This document shows positions 57,794 to 64,000 of a stretch of 64,000 bases of DNA, in pieces (within the stretch, counting starts at the first letter, position 1; each line of letters starts with the position of its first letter). The notes below the pieces were generated by a model. It was not told the DNA's origin, did not search any database, and saw only the letters and a program-made list of their open reading frames with translations. The position numbers and the translations under genes were made by a program. The DNA comes from a virus (lineage: Duplodnaviria; Caudoviricetes). The stretch spans positions 36,469 to 100,468 of the IMG/VR virus record IMGVR_UViG_3300021400_000468; one strand, 5' to 3'.

Positions 57794-58182
57794 TCTTTCA
57801 CCTCGAATGATTCCGGATGATACATCCTGCATACGGTATATTGGGCGCACAAATCCCCTAAAACAGAATTATGGTCATCCCAATACTCGTCCGCCGCGAT
57901 CTTTCTGGGGTTGTTCTTCCACTTCTCTTTCAACTCGGGAAGGTTATCATTCACTGCATCGAATTCAAGGCCCTGCTCCCGGCAAGCCTCGACCGCCGCG
58001 TCAAGCTCCGGCCCTTCCCGGCAAGTCCAGAGAATCAACTTCGCCCCTTCTTTTCTCAGCACCTTTGCCAACTCAATAACGGGGCTTATGGGCTTGATGA
58101 TCTCAGGATAATCCGTCTCAAACAACGTGCCGTCAAAATCAATGGCAATTACAGCATAGTCTCGATCCATGCTTTCCCTCAT
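57790..58182 (-). CDS. HAD-superfamily hydrolase
   Basis: IAIDFDGTL, LWTCREG, RKI.AD.YWDD. Confidence 0.75.
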   Translation of the reverse strand: MRESMDRDYAVIAIDFDGTLFETDYPEIIKPISPVIELAKVLRKEGAKLILWTCREGPELDAAVEACREQGLEFDAVNDNLPELKEKWKNNPRKIAADEYWDDHNSVLGDLCAQYTVCRMYHPESFEVKE

Positions 58183-58430
58183 TTCTGTACAAGCAGAACG
58201 TTTGTGGAATGAGTCAGGTAAACTTTGCCATCGATCTGAACCTGAACCATGTCGCTGCTATCGTAGTTCCACCACTTCTCGACTGCGCCCTCAACGACGA
58301 GCTTGTCGCCGAAGTAGATGTAGGCGTAATCGAACCTCTGGTGGAAGTCGGTGATCCCCCGGTTGCAGGATGCCATTGAAAGCATCAGAGCGGCAAGACA
58401 CCCCGCCGCCACAATCCTTGTACGCTTCAT
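58179..58430 (-). CDS. Putative lipoprotein
   Basis: MKRTR + hydrophobic stretch + MASC lipobox. Confidence 0.65.
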   Translation of the reverse strand: MKRTRIVAAGCLAALMLSMASCNRGITDFHQRFDYAYIYFGDKLVVEGAVEKWWNYDSSDMVQVQIDGKVYLTHSTNVLLVQK

Positions 58431-58431
58431 T

Positions 58432-58767
58432 TCAGAAATCCTCCTTTCTGATTTCTTCCATCTCTTTTTCACTGATACCAACGATCCCGGCAGATTCGCT
58501 TGAATCGGTGGATCGGAAGTGCGCTCCCGGAACCTGCGGAAACATGAACTCGAACATGGCATAATTTGAGGCGTCCACAAGGTATTCCGTGTTCCCTGTT
58601 TCTCGGTACTTGTCAATGCACTTCTTCATCGTGGCAAGGGCGTCGATGTTGCCGGTACGGTAATTTTTCCTGACACTCCCGTACTTAAGATGGCTCATCA
58701 TGACCCGGTTTTTCATCATCTCCACAAACAGGGGTGACCAGTCTTCCATCCAGTTATCCACCATCAT
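58432..58767 (-). CDS. Hypothetical protein
   Basis: KYG...TGNTEYLVDASNYAMFEF; AGGAGG RBS. Confidence 0.65.
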   Translation of the reverse strand: MMVDNWMEDWSPLFVEMMKNRVMMSHLKYGSVRKNYRTGNIDALATMKKCIDKYRETGNTEYLVDASNYAMFEFMFPQVPGAHFRSTDSSESAGIVGISEKEMEEIRKEDF

Positions 58768-58951
58768 GGGCTTCCCTCCTTAATCCTGAGATATCTTTAA
58801 TTAAAGAAATCGGCTTTTTCCTTTAATTACAACCGGAAAATCCGGATGCAAGTAAAAAGGTCTTTATTTCATCTGCCCACAAAAGGGGCCAACCTAAGTC
58901 AACGGAAACTCGTTACCGGCTCCCTTCACAGTAGAATCACCCCCTTTCAAA

Positions 58952-58983
58952 GTTGCAAATTTGTTGCAAGTTGGTTGCAAGTT
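58952..58983. repeat. Three GTTGCAA direct repeats at 11-bp period
   Basis: Copies start at 58952, 58963 and 58974. Confidence 0.7.
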
Positions 58984-58986
58984 AAA

Positions 58987-59057
58987 CAGGGGATGAAGGG
59001 CTCGAACCTTCTCCGTGGGTTCCAAAGACCCATGTACTACCGTTATACGAATCCCCC
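58987..59057 (-). tRNA. tRNA-Gln(UUG)
   Basis: GGGGGAT/ATCCCCT acceptor; TGGGT-CTTTGGA-ACCCA; GAAGG-TTCGAGC-CCTTC. Confidence 0.85.
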
Positions 59058-59062
59058 AAATC

Positions 59063-59494
59063 TCAAGCCATTACTTCATGAACACTCACATAATACCGGT
59101 CCGGAAGGTAGTCTGCATAGGCGACGGTCTTTCTCTGTCGGTAAATCTTGATTCCGGATCCATCATCAACTGTCATCCAGACATACTTCACATTGTTGCT
59201 GTACCTCGGATCATTCACCCGATACTCCTGTCCGGGCTGGATAATGAAACGGGTTTCTTCTGGCTCTGCAAAGAACTCAATGAACGCCCCGTAATCTCCA
59301 ATTACAATCCTGTCATAGAAATCACAGACCTTCGTTCCTTTTGAGGTGAACAGAGGACGATCATCTCCATCAACCTTCAGCCACCCCGGAACATTATCCA
59401 GAAAATACTGCCGATACTTCTCAGACAGATCACCGGGAAGGGGTTTATAGCCATACTTCTTAGCAAGCAGGGCTTCGATTCTCAACGTATTCAT
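59063..59494 (-). CDS. Hypothetical protein within the tRNA cluster
   Basis: 143 aa; RIVIGDYGAFIE motif. Confidence 0.65.
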   Translation of the reverse strand: MNTLRIEALLAKKYGYKPLPGDLSEKYRQYFLDNVPGWLKVDGDDRPLFTSKGTKVCDFYDRIVIGDYGAFIEFFAEPEETRFIIQPGQEYRVNDPRYSNNVKYVWMTVDDGSGIKIYRQRKTVAYADYLPDRYYVSVHEVMA

Positions 59495-59513
59495 TTGCTT
59501 TCCTCTTCATCAA

Positions 59514-59559
59514 TGGGGGCGGAGGGACTCGAACCCTCACGCCTTTCGGCTTCAGATTA
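59514..59559 (-). pseudogene. Orphan 3' half of a class II (Leu-like) tRNA
   Basis: AATCTGAAGCCGAAAGGCGTGAGGGTTCGAGTCCCTCCGCCCCCA with no matching 5' half. Confidence 0.7.
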
Positions 59560-59561
59560 TA

Positions 59562-59643
59562 TGGGGGATATGGGATTCGAACCCACACACCTTAAGGCAG
59601 TTGTTTTTGAGACAACCCTGTTTTCCCATTACAGCAATCCCCC
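59562..59643 (-). tRNA. tRNA-Leu(CAA)
   Basis: GGGGGAT/ATCCCCC-A; GTTGT-CTCAAAA-ACAAC; long variable arm; GGTTCGAATCC. Confidence 0.85.
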
Positions 59644-59647
59644 ATTT

Positions 59648-60190
59648 TTAGATATATTTCCATATAACACCAAAACAAGATTTTCGATAACCCTTTGTTG
59701 CTCTCCAAATCATAGTTTTTACTTCGGCAAAGGGCAAATTCTTTTCCTGACTATAATACCTCGCCGCATCAGATAGACTATCAAACTCCTTGACAATGGC
59801 TCCGAGTTTAGTTTTCCCCGCTATTGGCTTACTTCTGGATTTCCCAATTTTCTTTTTCAAAACTTCTTTCGCATGGAACATATTTTCCTGCGGTGTCACC
59901 CACTCTAAATTCTCCAATTTATTATTGTTGTGGACTCCATCAATGTGGTTTACTTGCAGATCATCTGCTTTATCACAAGGATCGAATTGCATTAAAACCA
60001 ATCTATGAACAGAATAGGAACACGGCGTCCCATTCTTCATCAAAGTTACGATTTCATATCCACGCGGATTAAGGGAAGTCTTAAAGGGCTTTCCTCTTTT
60101 GGTATATACAACCCCATTTGTATCTATCATGTAATCCTCATGCCCTTTTATCCTTTCTCTCCTATACAACTCAACCACCTCATTTTCCAA
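59648..60190 (-). CDS. HNH homing endonuclease (I-HmuI/NUMOD-like)
   Basis: SVHRLV..F, VNHIDG...NN...NLEWVT..EN..HA; EFDSLSDAAR; AT-rich relative to flanks. Confidence 0.85.
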   Translation of the reverse strand: MENEVVELYRRERIKGHEDYMIDTNGVVYTKRGKPFKTSLNPRGYEIVTLMKNGTPCSYSVHRLVLMQFDPCDKADDLQVNHIDGVHNNNKLENLEWVTPQENMFHAKEVLKKKIGKSRSKPIAGKTKLGAIVKEFDSLSDAARYYSQEKNLPFAEVKTMIWRATKGYRKSCFGVIWKYI

Positions 60191-60194
60191 TTTT

Positions 60195-60569
60195 TAAGAT
60201 CGCCCCACCTGACCCCGATTCTCACTATTGATACTCTACGCCGAAACACTGTCAGTTGGTTTGCGTAGCCTCTCCAAAACTTCCTCGCCTCTCATAGCTC
60301 AGACCGGGGCCGGGTAGGACTTCCCCAAAAACGACAGTCGCTTCTACGCACGTTGCCACCAGCGCGGGATGCGCACACAACCCTTGGCGGACCGTCGTTC
60401 CGTTCATTCTATACCAGCCGTTGCATTTATTATTGACCCTCTATGTACGTTCCCCGGTCTTACGTGCCGGTAGGATCATAACGCCGTTGTACGGAAGCTC
60501 CGCAGTAAGGACTACGGAACTTTTTACCTCCATCCCTTTTGATGGCAACGGACCGGATGGGCGATCCTA
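60195..60569 (-). ncRNA. Candidate ~375-nt structured non-coding RNA
   Basis: 11-bp terminal helix TAGGATCGCCC/GGGCGATCTTA enclosing several internal stems; no credible ORF. Confidence 0.55.
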
Positions 60570-60591
60570 TGTCGCTTCCAGATCAATTTGA

Positions 60592-60664
60592 TTGCGCGGG
60601 CAGGATTCGGACCTGCGGCCTCCAGCTTATGGGGCTGGCGAGCTGACCTCTGCTCCACCGCGCT
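60592..60664 (-). tRNA. tRNA-Met(CAU), initiator-like
   Basis: AGCGCGG/CCGCGCA with 1:72 mismatch; TGGAGCAG D arm; CCAGC-CCCATAA-GCTGG; atypical T loop TCCGAAT. Confidence 0.7.
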
Positions 60665-60666
60665 AT

Positions 60667-60813
60667 ATAGGGGGACGGGATTTGCACCCGTCATGGGCCG
60701 ACGTCTGCCCGGATTGGAGGGAATCGAACCCATAGGGGAAGTACCAGATTACGTTTTTATCCGTACCCCTGTCACCTGACCGTCTCCGCGTCTACCTATT
60801 CCGCCACCCCAGT
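60667..60813 (-). ncRNA. tRNA-like scaffold RNA A
   Basis: TGGCGGAATAGGTAGACGC D arm, variable insert, GACGGG-TGCAAAT-CCCGTC. Confidence 0.6.
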
Positions 60814-60818
60814 TCAGA

Positions 60819-60928
60819 TTATGCGGGAGAGGATTTGCACCTCTCATATCGGTTTTCAGAATTGAGCAACCGTGAACCGACGAAAGGCTCAAATCTGGAT
60901 GTGCGTCTACCTATTCCGCCACCGCATA
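60819..60928 (-). ncRNA. tRNA-like scaffold RNA B
   Basis: TATGCGG/CCGCATA acceptor; identical D arm; GAGAGG-TGCAAAT-CCTCTC. Confidence 0.65.
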
Positions 60929-60933
60929 CTGTT

Positions 60934-61158
60934 CAGCGAAGGTGAGGATTTGCACCTCACATGGGAATGTTATTGCAACCTCGCACGACCGGGAGTCGAA
61001 CCCGACCGTAGGGGGAGTCGAACCCCTATTCACACTCCTCTTGACACCGTGAAATCAGCGTCTACTCTTTACGGCCTGACTGGTCATCCGCCTTTACCAT
61101 GATGCAGAGGCCGGGTGGCATTCCGGTCCCTACACCCTGTCTATTCCGCCACTTCGCC
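60934..61158 (-). ncRNA. tRNA-like scaffold RNA C (inserts in D loop and anticodon position)
   Basis: GGCGAAG/CTTCGCT acceptor; TGGCGGAATAG...GTAGACGC split by an insert; GTGAGG-TGCAAAT-CCTCAC. Confidence 0.6.
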
Positions 61159-61160
61159 GA

Positions 61161-61239
61161 TGGGACATGTGGGATTCGAACTCACATCTCACGGTACTTT
61201 CACCGTTGCGCCGCGTTTTGCCAATTAAACTAATGTCCC
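61161..61239 (-). tRNA. tRNA-like gene with aberrant anticodon arm (undetermined)
   Basis: GGGACAT/ATGTCCC-A; recognisable D and T arms; anticodon region GCGGCGCAACGGTGAAAGTACCGTG. Confidence 0.55.
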
Positions 61240-61454
61240 TGTGCAGAAATCCCTTGTACTTCAGGACCTTGACGGCATCCTGCCAGTGCCGACTCAACAC
61301 TTTACCTTTTACTTCTCGTGGAGTTTGGAAGAAGGCTCCGGATTTTATACTCTCGTACCAGATGTGCACCTCTGGCGGCTCCAGAGCAAGCCGTTTTGAT
61401 GTTCGAGATTTTGCGCTGCGTTCATGCCGCCGTCTTCGCATCTCTCCCACCAAA

Positions 61455-61527
61455 TGGGACGTGAAGGATTTGAACCTTCGGCTACCGAATTATGAGTTCG
61501 GTCCCATAACCACTTGGGTAACGTCCC
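61455..61527 (-). tRNA. tRNA-CAU (elongator Met or Ile2)
   Basis: GGGACGT/ACGTCCC-A; CCGAA-CTCATAA-TTCGG; GGTTCAAATCC. Confidence 0.85.
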
Positions 61528-61615
61528 TTGTTGATGCGGAATCGGTTGGCCTTCCCGATTTACAGCCCCGCATCATGACCGGATATGCGCTCTGACCTCC
61601 AGCATATCGGTGTAG

Positions 61616-61690
61616 GGATCCCGCCCGGATTTGAACCGGTGATTTACGGGTTTATACCGCCCGTCGCTTTATCCATTAAGCCACAGGACC
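61616..61690 (-). tRNA. tRNA-like gene with 9-nt anticodon loop (undetermined)
   Basis: GGTCCTG/CGGGATC; ACGGG-CGGTATAAA-CCCGT; GGTTCAAATCC. Confidence 0.6.
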
Positions 61691-61695
61691 ATATA

Positions 61696-61780
61696 CGCCG
61701 GGGGTGGGATTCGAACCCACGGAGGATTCATCCTCTTCGGTGTTCAAAGCCGCTGCCTTAGACCTCTCGACCACCCCGGC
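61696..61780 (-). tRNA. tRNA-Ser(UGA)
   Basis: GCCGGGG/CCCCGGC-G; loop TTTGAAC; long variable arm; anticodon stem has two mismatches. Confidence 0.75.
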
Positions 61781-61784
61781 AAAG

Positions 61785-61857
61785 AGCTGACGGAGGGAGT
61801 CGAACCCTCAATCTGACGCTTACAAGACGCCCGCTCTGCCAATTGAGCCACGCCAGC
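61785..61857 (-). tRNA. tRNA-Thr(UGU)
   Basis: GCTGGCG/CGTCAGC-T; GGCGT-CTTGTAA-GCGTC; GGTTCGACTCC. Confidence 0.85.
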
Positions 61858-62592
61858 TTATGGCTTTTCCATCTCCTTCCGAAGACTTTCCTTGATGTAG
61901 TAGTTCCTCCCCAACTCCTTGCAGAGGCGTTCCACATCATGACCGAACTTCTTCCAATCGATATCGCTGGCATGGTAGTTCAGCTTTCCGATCTTCCAGA
62001 GGTCAATGAAGGCTGCGTCAAAGCGCCCTATGTAGGCCAACACATCTTCTGCATTCAATACCGGCTCGCAGGACACCCAAGTATTGATCCCCTTTATATC
62101 GGCTTGCAGAATCGCCATCAGACGCATTGCAATCGATCCGCTTCCGGGTTCTGCCATCGGAGACGGCTGATAATAGTCCTGCTCCGAATATCCCGCATAC
62201 GTGATCCCGAACCAGTCTTCCGAATCCAGAAGGTCAAAATCCCTTACTGCATCCTGACCATTTTTCGTCAGAATCTGGACGTGCGCCCCATGGCCCTTAA
62301 TGAGCTTGATGATCTCCCGCGTTGCGGTCGAATCGTGCCCCTTCGGGTATGGATCACACGTAAAGCAGAGGTGAATCGTTTTCCCGGAGAAGTCCTCGGT
62401 ATCAAGCTGCTTCTTCGTTTCCTCCACGATGTTCTTCCTCGGCACGGCAATCGTGTGGAAGGTCTCCCTTGTACGGTGCAGGACGTTCGGACAGTAGCAG
62501 TACCAGCAGTTATGAGGACAACCCTGATAGATATTCAGAGCATACTCCCCATACTCGGCGGCAGGTCCCTTCGGTTTATAAATCGGCTTCAA
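61858..62592 (-). CDS. Radical SAM protein (SPL-like subgroup)
   Basis: LNIYQGCPHNCWYC (CxxxCxxC), DPYP, ILTK, WVSCEP. Confidence 0.8.
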   Translation of the reverse strand: MKPIYKPKGPAAEYGEYALNIYQGCPHNCWYCYCPNVLHRTRETFHTIAVPRKNIVEETKKQLDTEDFSGKTIHLCFTCDPYPKGHDSTATREIIKLIKGHGAHVQILTKNGQDAVRDFDLLDSEDWFGITYAGYSEQDYYQPSPMAEPGSGSIAMRLMAILQADIKGINTWVSCEPVLNAEDVLAYIGRFDAAFIDLWKIGKLNYHASDIDWKKFGHDVERLCKELGRNYYIKESLRKEMEKP

Positions 62593-63194
62593 ATCTCCAC
62601 CCCCATGGCAAGGGATCTTCTTTCCAGATCCTCTTTATACTCTGTGCAGAACAGGTCCCCCTGTTCGGTGCATTGCAGATACGACTTCCAGAACTCCGAA
62701 AACCGCTTCCGGCATTCGGTATAGTACCGGGTCAACCGGACTTCTCCGAATCCGTATGTTTCCCTCAGATACAGGGCCGTCATATACCAGATCGGCGCGA
62801 TGCTCAAATCTATGGATTCGAGGTAGGCGCGTCTTTCGTATGGATTTCCCCTTGACCGGCGGGTCTTTTTCCATCCCTTCGGCTCGACTGGAGCATACTG
62901 CGTGTCGATCTTGCCAACCTCAACGCCTGAATCCTTCAAATCTCGCAGGGAGGCATAATACAGATTCCCGACAGCCTCCACGCACTCCGTATCTCCGCGC
63001 TCCCGGTATCGTTCAAGCCCGTCACGCATCATATCGTTCAAGGCATTCACATACCGGACCTGTCTTTCAGTTCCGAACCGGTACAGATCATGAAGAACCA
63101 TAACGCTGATGCCCAAGTACACCGACATGAGACTGGATGAAGTCTGCATCCGTCTCTGACGGTCCTGATACTTCTTCCCATACGCTGCTTTCAT
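62589..63194 (-). CDS. Hypothetical protein
   Basis: 201 aa; duplicated L...Y.FG..R motif. Confidence 0.6.
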   Translation of the reverse strand: MKAAYGKKYQDRQRRMQTSSSLMSVYLGISVMVLHDLYRFGTERQVRYVNALNDMMRDGLERYRERGDTECVEAVGNLYYASLRDLKDSGVEVGKIDTQYAPVEPKGWKKTRRSRGNPYERRAYLESIDLSIAPIWYMTALYLRETYGFGEVRLTRYYTECRKRFSEFWKSYLQCTEQGDLFCTEYKEDLERRSLAMGVEI

Positions 63195-63208
63195 GATCCA
63201 TCCACCGT

Positions 63209-64000
63209 TTATTCGTCCTCTTCAACCCATCTGTATCTGCCACAGGTTTCGTCCCACCGATAACCGGCTTCTTCGGGGGTCTTGTCCTCCCACAGCCTCA
63301 CAGCAAACTCTACACTGTCCTTGTCTGTGGCAGGGAACTGCTCTTCCTTCTTTTCCCCATCCTGATAGCAGATCATCCCGCAGTTCGATCCGATATCCTC
63401 GTCCGCATACCAGAGTTCAAATCTGACCTCCGGGAAAATCACGGACAAGGCGCGGACAACCGGCTCGGAACAAGTCCATGCGGTATCATATCTCCAGCCG
63501 GGACCATCCTCCAATTCCTCCGCATCCCAGCAGTTCCATTTGGTTCCCCAATGCTCGCAGCACCAGCCATACCATGTCGGGAAACCATAATACAGTTTGT
63601 TCATGGTGTATCGATGACCGGCGATCAAAGCGGGGGCTTCAATCCCTCCCCAAAGATTATCAGGATCAGGGATTAAGCGGTACGACTTTTTCAGCAGATC
63701 TTTATCGGTATCGGTTAAGGTGTAGGCTGGCGGAAAGTATCGTCCGCCATAGACCTTTCCGGCCTCTTCCGAGGTCATGCAGATTTTGTTGAACGTATCT
63801 TCATCAATCCCGAGACCGGGATCGTATATGCTTCCCGGTCGGCAATACCGCGCATACAGGCTCATGACTGTTCCCATATCACCACCGTCAATGACGTTCA
63901 GATCATCAGGCATGGGAACGATCTTCCGGAAATCGAATACACGGTCGGGCTGATTCTCCGCATGGCTTTCAGACCGGACGAACGCCTTGATCTGATCCAT
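63209..64000 (-). CDS. DUF1281/YubB-like protein, possibly 5'-truncated by the window edge
   Basis: FDF.KIVPMP, WY.WC.EHWGTKWN, DTAW, YADEDIG.NCG. Confidence 0.7.
   Translation of the reverse strand: MDQIKAFVRSESHAENQPDRVFDFRKIVPMPDDLNVIDGGDMGTVMSLYARYCRPGSIYDPGLGIDEDTFNKICMTSEEAGKVYGGRYFPPAYTLTDTDKDLLKKSYRLIPDPDNLWGGIEAPALIAGHRYTMNKLYYGFPTWYGWCCEHWGTKWNCWDAEELEDGPGWRYDTAWTCSEPVVRALSVIFPEVRFELWYADEDIGSNCGMICYQDGEKKEEQFPATDKDSVEFAVRLWEDKTPEEAGYRWDETCGRYRWVEEDE

Noticed and set aside
60195-60569. tmRNA (AATAAAT-GCA resume-like motif, pseudoknot, similar size)
   Set aside because: No tRNA-like acceptor/T-arm ends; the GCAACGG is paired in a helix; the implied tag (ATAGIE) is not tag-like
59514-60569. 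Group I intron or RNase P RNA associated with the HNH gene
   Set aside because: No recognisable P/Q/R/S core, no GAGGAAAGUCC, and no 5' tRNA exon matching the orphan 3' half
61696-61780. Opal suppressor tRNA or stop-codon recoding
   Set aside because: Anticodon UGA reads Ser UCA codons; genes are intact under the standard code

Overview
A 64 kb portion of a temperate, contractile-tailed phage genome, probably infecting a Firmicute (consensus sigmaA promoters, AGGAGG RBSs, YodL/ArpU/G39P-type genes). Almost all genes are on the minus strand. In transcription order (right to left): accessory/nucleotide genes; a tRNA and tRNA-like RNA cluster with an HNH gene; xis/integrase/intact attP/repressor switch; replication genes; small early genes; a DNA-modification cluster (MetK, two ParB-like, C5-MTase-like, OCD-like, amide ligase, CmoA-like); terminase; portal; head; contractile tail and baseplate; and a 2083-aa receptor-binding protein with DGR-type variable repeats. 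Lysis genes and a DGR reverse transcriptase are not in the window. Main unusual items: (1) three toxin-like effector/immunity cassettes built into the head operon (portal-Nudix-Ntox50-like fusion, zeta-toxin-like, GNAT-like). Each has a perfect TTGACA-N17-TATAAT promoter inside the coding sequence and is followed by a small acidic gene and a terminator; they also share a scaffold-like N-terminal motif and recurrent xxD-[S/A/G] sites. (2) A probable carboxy-SAM-dependent cytosine hypermodification pathway with an added ornithine-cyclodeaminase-like gene. (3) An array of tRNA-shaped RNAs with a fixed D/T-arm scaffold and variable inserts, plus a ~375-nt structured RNA abutting the HNH gene. All family assignments come from motif recognition by eye; no searches were run.
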